Assembly (NCBI GenBank): GCA_051294375.1
Contig: CM119267.1
Coordinates: forward strand, 25,993,293-26,057,292
Direction: 5' to 3'
DNA: 64,000 nt
Source of the DNA: Paraspadella gotoi
Taxonomy: Eukaryota; Animalia; Chaetognatha
The notes beneath the pieces are model-generated. The model was given only the letters and a program-made list of their open reading frames with translations. It ran no database searches and was not told where the DNA came from. A program made the position numbers and the translations under genes. Of the stretch, positions 25,339 through 39,063 are shown piece after piece. The number at the start of each line of letters is the position of its first letter. The stretch's first letter is position 1.

Positions 25339-28300
25339 ATGGACTATGGGGATAGTCTTTCGAACGAAGAGGACGCGTCTCGGAGCGTCCCATCGGATTA
25401 TCACGTGGTCGCCCGCTGCAGCGACGCCGAAGACGACGAGGACGACGTGACGGCCTTCCAGCTAGAGACGCGCGTGGAGAACCCTAAGGTCGTTTCTGAT
25501 CGAATCGGGACTCACGTCATCTACACAGTGACGACAAAAACAAACTCTACGAGTTTTTCCAAAAGCGAGAGCGTCGTCGCGCGCCGATTCTCTGACTTTT
25601 TGGGCCTCCATAACAAGCTTGTCCTCAAGTACGCTGTCGAAGGGCGGATCGTTCCGCCTCCGCCCGCCAAGCAGACGCTGGGCAGCATATCGGCTCGGTT
25701 CTCGCAGGACGACGACGCCGCCGTTCTCACCCACTCATTTTACGAACGGCGCCGCGCAGCGCTCGAGCGATTTTTATTGCGCTGCGCCAAACATCCTGTG
25801 CTGAGGAAAGATTCGGACTTTGTGGCCTTTCTCGAAACGGAGGAAGATCTGCCCAGGGCCACCGATACGTCAACGCTGAGCGCCGCTGCCTTTGGAAGAC
25901 TCTTTGCCAAAGGTAATATCTGTTATCTGTTACCACGGTTCTTATTATAGGAGGAAAAAGGAAATGGAAATATTTTGGCGAATCCTAAATTCGCCTCCCG
26001 TATTGCTTGGTGAAACTCAGCTCGTCCCATTGGCTTGGACAGCTCAGTACTCATTCACCAACCATGAGTTCCGGGTTAAATCCCTTCCCGGTCACGCTGG
26101 TTAATTATGTATATTATACATGGTAGTGAATCAAAACTTAGAAAAAGCCGACATCTTTATTATTTTTTTTTATTGTAAACAAACTAATTCATAAAACGAA
26201 ATAATTTTAATACTGCTAACTTCATAACAGCAAACTGCAACAATGTATTCAATGTGGCCGCCCTCACAATGAATCAATGCCTCGATACGGTGTCGAAACG
26301 CTGCACAACTTTTCTGGATGAAGACGAAAATTGTCCCACTGTTCAGAGATGGCTTGTTTGAGGTCATCGATATTGCGGTGGGAGGTCTTGCAGTCTGCCC
26401 CCTCCAAAACGCCCCATACAGCATAATCGAGCGGATTCAAATCGGGGCTCGAGGAGGGCCAAAGGTCTTTGGGCCAAAAATCCGCAAAATTACTGCAGCA
26501 AAACTGTTGAATTCTCTTCGACGTATGGCACGGTGCGCCATCTTGGGTCCATACATAATTTCCCCTGGGGTTATGTCTCTTCAACCACGGCAAGACATGG
26601 AACCTCAGAACAGTGTAATATGCTGCGGCATCGACTTTCTGACCAGTAGCAAAAAAGTAAGGAGCCATCTTATTTCCATTCCGGGGCTATGACCCCCAGC
26701 ATCATCACTTGAGCCGGATGTTTGGTATGAGAGGTCCCCTTGACATCAGCTGTTGTTTCTGCCAGGTATCGATCATTACGTCTATTAAGTACAGCATCTA
26801 CAGTAAAAATCTTTTTGTCACTGAAAATTTTCACGATGTCCCATGATGCTTCAAGTAATTGAGGATTTTGACGACCTCTCGAGCCACGCTGCTTCATGGC
26901 TTCGGTGAGGAGATGCCTAGGGGTTTTAATGTATGATTTCAAGCGGAGATCTTTGAGGGCGTTCTTGATGGTTTTTGGGTCCACCTCAAAGTCAACTGCA
27001 AGGGTATTTATCGACGTTGTGAAATGCTGCATTTCGCTTCTTGTTGTGTCCACCGCTTCCTCTTTTCCGCTGCATCACTTTGACATCTTTGGCCGCCTTC
27101 CGAATGTTGTAGATCGTGGCCAGATCGACTCAAACAACTTTGCAAATTAGGACTAAGCTTCTTGACGAACAAAAGCCGAGGTTTTTTTAATATATTCTTA
27201 TACCGGCCAAGGTAGAATGATGGCAATATTGTTAATATTAAGTTTTAAAAAAATCCTACCATAAATATAGAAAATATTAACCAAAATCTTCGGAAAATCC
27301 ACCCCTTCTTTGGAAGATTTTCGCCATATAAGATTTTTCCGAATCTGACTCCCGGTTGAAAACTCTTAGAATTCCGATCGTTAGCTCCTCTTTTACTTTT
27401 ACTTTAAATAAAAATTTCACCAAAATGGACTAATTCACTTTCCCATGTCGTATCATATCAAAATAACCATATAAAATGTAAAGAAAAATTTTGAGAGCCC
27501 TTCAGACATATGGCTATCCGGATTCCTGAATTTGAAGTTTATTGTAAAATTACAACATATTTTAAATGCCGTTGACATTGTATTGAAGTTGAGAAATCCC
27601 TTTATTTTATATATAAAAATTGTGTCGAAAATATTTTTCCGAGCAGACCCGTCCATTTGAATCTGATAGGTTGATGTCAAAATGATGGTTATTTGTCAAG
27701 AGAAAAAAAATGCGAGCCCTTCAGATGCAACAGGATCGGAATCGAGTGTTTTTACATCTATTTTTTACCTGAATTTTTCCCAGGAGCGTTGACATTTTGG
27801 TAGTCAGATTTTAACGAAAATCTCCATTGAAAAAAGTCTTCCTCGATTTCTAAGAACGACGTAAACTCCTATGCAAATAGATTTTGGGTGAATTCCGGCG
27901 GCGGGTGCAAATCCAACACTCGTTGTCTTTGCTTGCTGGCTCTCGGGATCCATTGAAAGAGAAAAAAAATACATCAGCGTAAAAGAGAAGACAATAAGGA
28001 TTATTTTTGTTGGTAACAAAATTATTTTAATCATCATTCTTATATCAAAATTTCCTAGTTATAGACGAGAATCTCGCTTAAAAAAAAAAATTCAACATTT
28101 TCTAATAGAGATTTCCGTTAAAATCTGACTACCCAAATTGCAAACGAGATTGCCAGAAATTCGGGTAAAAAACAGTTGTAAAAACACACGATTCCGATAG
28201 CGTTATATCTTAAGAGCTAGCCAAATTCGTCTTATGGCATTTGATAAAATATTTAATATCAAACAAGCCAGGGGAAATGCACTAGTCATCTCCGGAGAAT

Positions 28301-31300
28301 TTTCAAACCTTGTTTTTACTATAGAAATGAAAGGGAAATTTTGCTTTTCAAAAATTGTAAACGGGGTAGGGTATGTTAACATTATAAATATTACTTCGAA
28401 TTTTGAGATTTAGAAAGCCTCTTGTCTCAAGAGCTTGCCAAATTTTCTTTTCATTATTGACCAAACTCTTCATAGTAAACCAACGTTGTAAAGTCCATTG
28501 GTCTGGTTTGACAACATGAAATTTTTATTTAATAAGGAATTAAAAAGGAAGGTTGAGAGAAAAAACTGATTTTTCCTGATATCTTCTTGAAGGAACAAAG
28601 ATACAGGGATGGCAATAGTACCAAAATGAAGCCATAATCATTGGGCACATACAAGTTACAATATTAGAATTATTTTTGCTGAAACCTCTTTACAGGGTGA
28701 GTGTCAAACTAAGTCAAAATTATAATGAATTTTAAAACTAATGAAACCCCATAAAAATAATGAAAATTAAATTCTTTTTAGTGATTCTGAAAGAAAAAAG
28801 GCTAAATTGTACTATAGTAAAACTTTAAAGTTTTTTGGATAAAGAAAATATAATTTTTTTTTCACTTAAATATTTGCTTGCCTGATATTACAAGCATGCT
28901 TACAAAATTCTACAAAATATTATTCACCCCATCACAGCCTAACTATTTATCTTTCTTTTCCACCAGCAAAAAGTAAACATTATTTTATGTTAGAGAACAG
29001 GGATGTTTACTGAAATGAGCTGGAAGACGTTCAACTACTTCACTTTAATGTCATTTTTCAATAATAAAATAGGCGAATCTTTTAATTATTTAACTCTCAC
29101 AGGCTTCACAAGACATTTTACTTTCTTAATATCCCAATAATAATGTAATTCATTATATTTTTTTACCCAGAAATCATAAAATAACAGAAAAGTTATGGAT
29201 TCCCTTTGCTCTTTTAAGAAAAAAAAATTAACTAGCGGAATTATAAGTTTGTAAGAGGAAGTCAGAATCGGCGAAAATCTTAAAAGGCGAGAATGTTGAA
29301 AAAAAAGGGTGGAATTTTGATGGGTTTCCTAAGATTTCCACAATGTGAGGTCCGATTAAAGCGAAACTTGTGATTTACAATATTCCCGTCATTCCACATC
29401 TATCGATATAAAAATATAAGAAAAAAAGTCACTGGCTTCTTTTTCTATAGCGGCTTCCTACTTCTGTATGTTTCAAAGTTTTGATTCACTACCCTGTATA
29501 ATAGACTAGAAACTATAGGATGTGACCTTCAATTTGAGCCTATTGACAACCCTTTATGATAAATATTTATTTAGATACTACCAAAAAAAAGCCCCGAAAA
29601 TCTTTAAAAAATTTCATTTTTAATTTATTTAAGTCATATCTCAGTTCATATATGACTAGGGCTGCGCATCGTTCGAATCGAAGTTCCGATCAAGATTCCT
29701 TTATATTTTCACTTCTATTCAAAACTGCATAGTCACGGCCCAAAAAATTATATCAATATGGGCAGATTCTGAAAGCTTGGCGTCTTGGAAAGCCAACGGA
29801 GGTAGAGCGCGATCGAAATTTCCATTTTATCATGCCCAAAAATGGTATTTTAAATTGACTGGTCAGGCCGTTTTTTCCCTTTTCCCAAAAAGCCTGCTAG
29901 ATCTTTTGTAAAATAGAACAAATCATACATATCAGTACGGTTTCGGATAGCCTTTTGTTTTCTCTACACAATAAAAAAAAGAAAAGTTTAAATTCTGCCA
30001 TCTTTAATGCTTGATAAAAGCAATCAAATGAAACTGGTTTTTTAGGTGAAAACTGCATAGTCAAGCCTTCATTTTTTTTTGGTTCTAAAACCATCGAAAG
30101 AAACTGTATTGTTTAAACTAAATGTTTCAGTAGAGCGCGGGGCTAAATTTAGTCTATTTTATATTCATGGTAATTATCCTTTCTTTTTCGTTGTTTGAGA
30201 GATTAAACAAGTTTGATTTTATTTGTTATTAAACAGTTTCCATTAATATTTTCTTATGTTGTACATTGCTCAAATGTAATTATTTATTTATTTTGTCTCT
30301 CTCTCTCTCTCTGTCTCTCTCACCAATTTTCACTTCTTTTCAAAAACTTATTCAAACTAGCCACTTCCAAAAATCTGTCCTCACCACTGATCACTGTCCC
30401 TTACTCCAATTCTTTGTTGGGAAACCTTTACACTCTTCTCTTCTCTCTCTCTCTCTCTCTCTATCTCTCTTTTAACTAAAACTGTATCAAGTTCATAACT
30501 CATGTGCGCTGATGAAGGCTCGTATTGTGAGCCGAAACATGTCTGCTCTTTTAAAATAAAATTCGTTGCAAAATAAAATCAAACTTTTGTTAATCTATTT
30601 ATATTAAATTTCATGCAAATACGAATGAAGTCCGTTTATCGCACGGTAAAGCCGATTTTAAGCGCAATCCGGGCCGTATTTAAAACTGGTTATAGAGGTT
30701 ATCTAATGAGGGATTCGATCGAAAAAAAGGATTGATGCATGCGCGATCCGGGCAGATTAAAAAAACCGCACTTCCAACATGGCTTTTACCGTATTTTAAA
30801 CCGGCGAACGAAAACGGAAGAAACGGAACGAAGGACGAACCGAAGGAGAGACGAACGGAACGGCGAACCGGAACAACGGCGAACGGAAACGAAACGGGAA
30901 GACGGAGAAAACGGAACGAGAACGAAACAACGAAACGGAAACGAAAACGGAACGAAACGGAAACGAAACGAAGGAGAGAACGGAACAGGGAACGAAAGGA
31001 CGGGAAAGGGAACGGAAACGAAACGGAACGAAACGGGAACGAACGGGGAACGGTCGGGTCTGTTTTCTTGGTGGATTTTTCCATCAAACCAATAGGCGAT
31101 AATCCCTTTGAAATTTGTAAATCGTTTCATATTAAATTCGGATTAATTTGTTTTATTAACAAAAACAATATTTATCATATTTTTATATAAAAAGGTACTA
31201 CGAATTTACGATTGAATTTATAAAAGTGTCGATATCATAAGTTGATTAAATTTAGATTATGGCTCTTAATCATCAAGACCTTTGAAATTGTCATGTTTCA

Positions 31301-33410
31301 ATGAATTTCGTATTTTTAATGTTTTTTACAAAACAAAAACGTTTTAATTATATGCAGCTCTCTCTCTCCCTCTCCCTTTTTAATTCTTTGTCGCTCTCTC
31401 TCTCTCTGATTATTTAACCTTGCTCTTCTCTTTCTCTTTAACTCATAAAAATTGTTCTAATTCACAAATGCCAAGCGCTGAAGAAGGCTCGAATTTTGTG
31501 AGCCGAAACATGTCTGCATCTTATTAAATAAAATCGTTAGACATTGTGGTATAATCCTTTCTTTTCGTTGTGTAATAATTAGAAGAGTTTGAAATGAATT
31601 TTCAACAACGATTTTGTTTTAATAAAATATTTTAATCAAGCCTTCATCAAGCCTAAAATAAAATCGTCATTTCAAACTCTTCTAATAAAATCGTTGTACA
31701 AAATTAAAAACTTTGCTAAAGAAAAAATAATATATTTTGATTAATAACTTTTTAATCAAAAGTCGGAGAAAGTTGGGAGTGGTCTTATATTAAAGCTCTC
31801 GGTTTACTGATATCGTTTGAATTGAGTCTATATTTTGCAAAATAAGTACAAAAGTTATCAAATTTTCTCAGAAATTAACTTACCAACTTCAACTGCAATT
31901 AAAAAAAACAACTTAGTTTTGACTTAGCCTAAGCTCTTGTCCTAACAGCAACCTTTCAGGTTTTCATTATTCCAGAAATGGTATATTTCGATTTTCTTCT
32001 TATGTATAATTGTATATATTGAATATAATGACATTAACGAAAGATTTGTTATTCTTTCATCTTTCTCTCAGTCGAAGATAAAGTGAGCACCATCGGCCTT
32101 CAGAAGATGGAGGAAACGGACTCATGGTTCGCGGAAAAGCAAAACGCCATCGAACTTCTTGATAATCAATTGAGAAAACTTGAGGCGTCGGTGGAGTCGA
32201 TCATCGCTCAGAGGTCATTTTCCTCTCTAGAAAATGAGTCACGAGGCTCTTAAGGTCTAATTCATTCAAAATCCTTTCTCTCGGTCTCGGAAATTAGTGG
32301 TTAATCTCTTAAATCTTACCACTTTACTTTACTATTAACAAGATTAACCAGATTCTGAGTCATTCTAAGTCAGCGCTTTAGGGTGAAAGCAGTATGCTAT
32401 TAGCTAGGATAATTCTGTAATGTGTAATCCTTAAAACTTGGAGAAAAACCAACATTGATATATATTTAATCCTGAAGTCAGCATTAAGATAATATCATTC
32501 GAGGATTTTATTTGAGCAAAATCAAACTTTTTCTGAAAATTGCGATACAAATCGATTTGATTATCAAGGAAAGACTTGGCGGCGAACACCTCCCAATTCG
32601 CCAGATCCTGCGCTCTCCTTTCCAACGCCGAAGAGCACGGAGGATTGGCCCGAGCTTTTTCCCATTTGTCCGAAGTCGAGGAAAAGGTCGAAGCCGTGCA
32701 TCTTGAACAAGTATAAATGATTATTAATTTTTAAATTGAACTGTTGTGATTAAACTTTGTTTCTTTGTGTTTTGAGATATTTGAAATTAAAGACAAAGTC
32801 TTGATAATAAAAAAAAATAAATAAAAAATAAAATCGTTGATGTATCAAGACTTTCTTTAATTTCAAATAAATTGAACTGTTATAAATCTTCGTGTCTGAC
32901 GAATCTTTCTCCCCTCCCTTCCACCGGTCGTCACGCGAATTAAAGGCCAACGGAGATTTGAGTCGATTGGCCGAAACGCTGGCCGACTACATCGCTCTAC
33001 TCGGTTCCGTCAAAAACGTCTTCAACCAGCGAACGAAGCTCTACCACACCTGGCAATCCCTGCAGACAGCCTCGATGAAGAAGCGGGCCTGGCTCGCCGG
33101 CCACCGCCAGGCCGGCGGCGAGAAGCTGCGAACGGCGGAGTTGGAGATGCGCGAACTGGAGGCCCGCGTGGAGACTAGTCAGAGGGACTTCGACGACGCC
33201 TCCGCCGTCATTCGTAAAGAGATGTCGCGATTCGAGGCGACGCGGATTGAAGACTTCAAGAAGATGATCCTCGCTTACCTTGAGACGCTGATGGCGGGTC
33301 AGAGGAAGATCGTCGCCGAAATCGCCGCATCCGTAGACGCCATGCAGACCAACTTGTTGTCCTCCGAGGAATACACGACTCTCGCTGATCTCTTTCAAAA
33401 GCCTAAATGA
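25339..33410 (+). CDS. SNX1/2: Sorting nexin 1/2 (PX-BAR); exons 25339-25912, 32072-32213, 32569-32710, 32946-33410
   Basis: PX domain V.RRFSDFLGLHNKL...GRIVPPPP.K...ERRRAALERFL.R...HPVL; BAR domain KMEETDSWF.EKQ, ARAFSHLSEVEEKVE..H.EQAN.D...LAETLADYI, IRKEMSRFE..RIEDFK; splice phases are consistent. Confidence 0.93.
25974..26103 (+). mobile_element. Truncated tRNA-containing mini-LTR head (sister copy 60822-60946)
   Basis: Terminal hairpin GGCGAAT-CCTAA-ATTCGCC, A box TGGCTTGGACAG, B box GGTTAAATCCC; alignable with 2033-2165. Confidence 0.65.
26119..29496 (-). mobile_element. maT (DD37D) Tc1/mariner-superfamily transposon
   Basis: TA|CA(T/G)GGTAGTGAATCAAAACTT 21-bp TIRs with TA flanks; contains a transposase remnant and a ~2.3-kb imperfect palindrome. 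Confidence 0.85.
26264..27150 (-). pseudogene. Frameshifted DD37D transposase
   Basis: IFSDKKIFTVD, WTQDGAPCHT, WPSSSPDLNPLDYAVWG; 37 residues between the second and third Asp; split over ORFs 26670-27053 and 26264-26668; N-terminus missing. Confidence 0.9.
30506..30546 (+). ncRNA. Minimal type I hammerhead ribozyme
   Basis: GCG-CTGATGA-A-GGCTC(gtattgt)GAGCC-GAA-ACATGT-C-TGC; GUC cleavage triplet 30541-43; palindromic stem III. Confidence 0.8.
30806..31055. repeat. (AAACGG/AACGA)n degenerate array
   Basis: About 250 bp of AACG-core units; resembles subterminal arrays of hAT elements; no matching TIR pair found. Confidence 0.6.
31475..31517 (+). ncRNA. Minimal type I hammerhead ribozyme
   Basis: GCG-CTGAAGA-A-GGCTC(gaattttgt)GAGCC-GAA-ACATGT-C-TGC. 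Confidence 0.8.
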
Positions 33411-33645
33411 TTTTTTTTCGCTTTCGGATTTCCATTTTACGTATATTAATTATTTCCGTAATTAATATTTTTTTCTTGTTTTATAATTACCATCAAGTAT
33501 TATTATTCCTGGTAGCGGTATACGAATTAATATTATTTTGTTTTTGTGTCGTCCTTCGATTTTAAAGGAGGACCGAGTGTCGTTCCTCAAATATGACTCG
33601 TAAAAAAGCGTCGGCATCGAAAGGAAGGAGACGATCGGTTTCCAA

Positions 33646-36600
33646 ATGACGGACAATCTTCCCCATTTGAGATGGCGACTCGTGGAGGCGGAATCCGAGC
33701 GCCTCATCTTCTCTCTCCCTCATTCCATGATATTTTTGGGGAGAGAAAAGTGCGACGTGATCCTCCCATCCAAATCGGTGGACAAGAGACACGCAGTCAT
33801 CTCTTACGACCATTATCAGGATTCGTACAAGGTAAACCCCCACTTTTTATCGTCGCAATCGCTTAGCGTTTGCGACGATATTGTGACGCTTTTGCGCATA
33901 AGAGGCGTCGTCGTCGTCGTTGTTGTCGTCGGCGTTCCAAATTATAGATCACCTTTTTTATGATTAAATTTGGGTTTATGAAGCTGAAAATTTATATACA
34001 GCTTCTCATCATCGATGTGCTTAAAATTGAATCTGGACAGTTATTAAATATATTTTGTTTACGTTTTATCAAAACAAACAAATTTTCTCTTTTATTTTCA
34101 TATTTCTTTCTCTCTCTCTTTTCTCTTTTAATTACATGTCTCTCTCAATCTCTCTTTTCCCTAGTCACTGATTCATAATCATAGGCAGATAGAGGGATGA
34201 GTATATTTCACTGGATTCCCCCATTTCTCTTTCCCATTCTCGCTCGAGACACCTTTTCTTCTTCCTCTTCCGCCTCTTTTCCTCCCTTTCCCTTCCTCCT
34301 CATCGAGCGACGACAGAAGGAGCAAAGAGAAAGATTTTAGTTCTGTCTTGGGTTCTACTTCAGCTCGCGAGCTCCCTCTCAGAGAATATACTTTTTTTGC
34401 CTATTTTTTGGACTTTTCCTTTGACTTTACTCATAGAGAGATAGAGACGATGGACCTACCCATCAGTTAGATAGGGAAAAAAAACGAATCTGCAGCTGGC
34501 TCTGCAGGGGTTTATTCTTTTTCTCTCTTTTCTCCTGCTGCTTCTGCTGCTGTTTTTTGAGTCTGCAGCTGGCTCTGCAGGGGCTTTCTTTTTCTTCTCT
34601 TTTCTCCGCTGCTTTTGCGCTGCCTTTTGATTTCTTTCTTTTCTCTCTCTCTCTCTTTTCTCTCTGCGTTTTTATTAAAAAAAAATTGAAATAGGATTGA
34701 ACTCGTAAAATTAGGCATCGCATTCGTGCATGTTATCATTTTGCTATCCCAACATCACGTTTTTATTTTAGTCGGATGCTTATCAGCAGATCCCGACTCT
34801 ATAATTAACTTTGTCGGTCCGTCGGTCCTCCCCCTCAATATTGTCGGGCACACATTATATCATGTCAGAACATCGAATTATGATAAATTATGCAAAAAAA
34901 ACGATGTCCGTCCGTCCGTCTCTGTCTGTCTGTCTGTCCGTCCGTCCCACCTTAGCAAAAAACTCCAATTACTCGTGATTGGATGGATGGATTGGTATGA
35001 AATTTTGTGTTTGGGTAGGAAACTGTGGATTGAGATGGATATGAAGTTTCGAGGGAATCGTGCGAGTGGAAATTGGTTTAAATGGAAAAAACAAAAAATA
35101 TATTTCACTATTTGAACGCCAAATGCTCATGAGTGGATAGGGCAATTGACTTGAAATTTTGTATGATGTAGGAAAGTGTGATTGAGCTGGATAAATAAAG
35201 TTTCGATGGAATCGTGCGAGTGGAAATGAGTTAAAATGGAAAAAACAAAAGTCATATTACTTGAAGTATTTTTACTTAAATTTACTCATAATTATTATGT
35301 TTATTAAAATTGGATAGATAAATCGAAATTGAATTTTATGTGTGGTAGGAAAGTATGTGATAAAGCTGGATATAATTTTTTTGATGGAATCGTAGGAGTG
35401 GAAATAGTTCAATTGAAAATCAAAAGACACATTTATTTGAATTTTTTAAAGTTTCTCTCTCTCTATCACTCTCTGATATGATTGATTCATTGATTGACCA
35501 AATTATGCCAATTGACAAAAATATGCCAGTTGACCAAATTAGGCCGTTGACCAAATTAGGCCAGTTGATAAAATTATGCCAGTTGACCAAATTATGCCGG
35601 TTGACCAAATTATCTTAATTGATCAAATTATGTCAGTTGACCAAATTATGCAAGTTGATTAAATTATGCAAGTTGACCAAGTTAGCTTATTACCACTTAA
35701 TTATCGATTGACTGGAATTTTGTATGTGAGTAGAAAAGTGTGTGATTGAACAGGAAACCAAGTTTCGATGGAATCTTTTGAGTGGAAATGAGTTTAAATG
35801 GAAAAAAAAAACCTGTTTCACTAATTGATTATGATTCTTTTTCCTTTTATATTAAATGTATATGCAGGATGTATTAATAAATCAAATAATTAATCAGTTA
35901 ATTAATCAATTAGTCAATAATTAATCAATAATTAATTAATCAGTCAATCAATCCGTCCATCCGTCCCACCTTAGCAAAAAAGCTCTAATAACTCGTGATT
36001 GGCTAATTGGATTGGAATGAAATTTTGTGTGTGGGTAGGAAAGTGTGTGATGAGCTGGATATAAAGTTTCGACGGAATCGTGATGAGTTTAAGAGGAAAA
36101 AACATAAGTCGCATTTACTAAAATATTTTTACTTATTTTAACCAATAAGTACTCTAATTAATCATAATTGGATGGATAGATTGAGTTCAAATTTTTCGTG
36201 TGGGTAGAAAAATGTGTAACGATGCTTGATATAAAGTTTCGGTGAAACGTACGAGTGGAAATGAGTTTAAATGAAAAAAATATGAGTCACATTTACTTGA
36301 ATCATTTTACTTATTTTAACCCATAATAGATTGAGATGAAATTTTTTGTGAGCGGGTAGAAAGTGTGTGAAGAAGCTAGATATAAAGTTTTGACGGAATT
36401 GTGACAGTGGAAAAGAGATTAAATGGAAAAAAACATAAGTCACATTTACTTGAATCTTTATTTTTATGAGAGAGAGAGAGAGAAAGAGAGCAGAAAAATG
36501 AGCATAAGGATCGTCGCAATTGCAAAGAGAGATAGAGAAAGAGAGCAGAAAAATGAGCATAAGGATCGTCGCATTGCAAAGAGAGAGAGAGAGGAGAGGC

Positions 36601-39028
36601 AGAAAAATGAGCATAAGGATCGTTGCAATTGCAAAGAGAGAAAGAGTCCGAGATAAAAATTAGCGAATAAAAAAGTTATTTTACTCACTGAATAAAAATA
36701 CTTAAATACTTACAAAATACATAAAATTGATAAAATTATTATTCCGATAACATTGTTTAATCACATGCAATATATCTAGTAAGGCGGGCCAAAATTGAAC
36801 ACTTTTTATAACTTCTAGTTCTCTTTAAAAATTTTTTTTTCCTTTTACTACTAAATCGATTTTCAATGTAACTTTTTGATTTAGTTCATTGGGTTGTTTG
36901 CAATGAAGCTTTTAAATATTTATTTAATATATAATAATTATATTAAAGTTTTGACGGAATTGTGCCAGTGGAAATGAGTTTTAGATGGAAAAAACATAAG
37001 TCACATTTACTTGAATCTTTAATATTAATTACTAATAAATTTTTTAATTAATTAATTAATTAATGTGAAAAAATGATGCAAGTTAAAAAAATCTTAAAAG
37101 CATAAAGATCATCGCAATTGCATAAAAAAGAGAGAGAGAGAGAGAGACAAAGAGACATAAAATAAAATAGAGGATATTTGTTTGTTTTGATAAAATGTAA
37201 ACAAAACATATTTAATAACTGTCCTAACCCAATTTTAAGGATATCGATGATGATCAATTGAATATAAATTTAAAATTAATTATTACATATTAAAATTAAT
37301 AAATTAATTAATCGATTAATTAATTAATTATCGTAAGCAGATCCCGACATTGTTTGCTCAAACTTTTTTTTCTCTCAGGGGCTGCGTCTGCTGATTAGTT
37401 TATTTTTTGACAATGAAATTTTTTTTTTTCAGAAACTGTAACTTTAATTTATAATTTATAAAATATAATTTTTCTTTCTATTTATAAATTAATTTTCTTT
37501 TCTCAAATTTTATTTTTTTTAGTATCAAATTTGTCGTCAATTCAGATTTTTCTTATGCGATTGAGACGATCCTTATACTTTTAAGATTTTTTATTCATAG
37601 TTTTATTGTATCTTGTCTTGGGTTAAGTTTATTTTCTACCTTGAACGACCTTGAAAGTTCCTTTCTGTTAAGAATAAATTATTTAATATATTATTATCTT
37701 TATTTAAGGTTAAAGATCTTTCCACGGTAAACGGAACATTCGTCAACGGGGATCGAATACCCGATCAATCGTACGTGCCTCTTCGTAACCTCGACACTCT
37801 CCGCTTCGGCGCCGACGCCACCAAATTCCGCGTCGAAAAGATTCCTTCCAACACCCATCGATCATCTTTCAAAGAGACTTGTTTTAAAAGCAACTACAAC
37901 AACAACAACAACACCAGACAATTCGGAGACGACGAAAGCGAAGTCGTCAACCCGACCTCAACGACGAACCCATTTCTCCAAAGCGTCTCTCGCTCTTCGG
38001 TTTCTTCTCTTCTCACTTCACCCTCGAATTCTAACTTTGCCGCCGTTGTGACTTTCCCGACGAGAGACTCCCCGCCGCCCTCGCCTTCCGCCGCCCGACT
38101 GCCCGGCTGGGCGACGAGAGGCGCCGCTCGGCATCTCGCAGAATGCCGCGGCTGCACCGACGAGAACCAAGACCACGAGACCTGCATTGCGGACAACCTT
38201 CGAGAAGGCGACGCGTTCGTGCGCTCAAATCCGGAGTCCAACGCCAAATGGAATCAGGCGGCGGCGGCGAGGACTCCTCTTTACGGACAACCGGATTGGT
38301 GGACGAACATGAATCCTTCCAGCGAATCCAAGGTCATCGATCGACCGCGCAGCTTAAATTTATTGGCGGATGGGTACGGAAAAACCCCGGATGGACTCAA
38401 TTCTTTAGGCGATTCGGAGGTGAGAGTTTATATTTATTATTTAATTAACTTTATTTTTAAAGGTAACTAGTTTTTTACCTTTTAAATTAAATTAAATTTA
38501 TTGGTCTTTCTAAGTTATTCTCATTTTTATTTGAGTTAATTTTGCTGTTGGTTGTATTTTATATTTGTAAACAATTTTGAACAACTGCTTTGGACCTTGG
38601 GAAATTATTTTGTCATCGATTAATATTTAATTTAAAGGGCATCTACTAAGGCGGAACAAAGTAAAAACTAAGAGTTCTGTAATATAAATAGCGTTAGACA
38701 TCCCTGTGGGATAACGAAATTACAAAAAAAATTAAGATTTTATGTATAGTTAATAACATAAAAGCATTTAAAGCTTATCGAATTATTATAAATCATAAAT
38801 TTTTTTTTCAAAATCAGAATTTTTAAAAACGGATTCGGGTAGAGCTTGAAAAAATAAATAAAAAATATCACTACAAGATTTTCAAATTTCTATGTTTTAT
38901 TAGGGGGAGCCTAACTCAGTAAGGTGGTTAAGATGTAAAGTCCAGACGAATATTTGTTGCTTGAGAGTCATCGTATATGTGGTATGAGTACACTATGTAT
39001 TGAGGGTGTTTAAAAAATCACACAGTTT

Positions 39029-39063
<35 letters not shown>

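Noticed and set aside
30680-31190. Four overlapping 114-152 aa ORFs
   Set aside because: Produced by a low-complexity array lacking stop codons.
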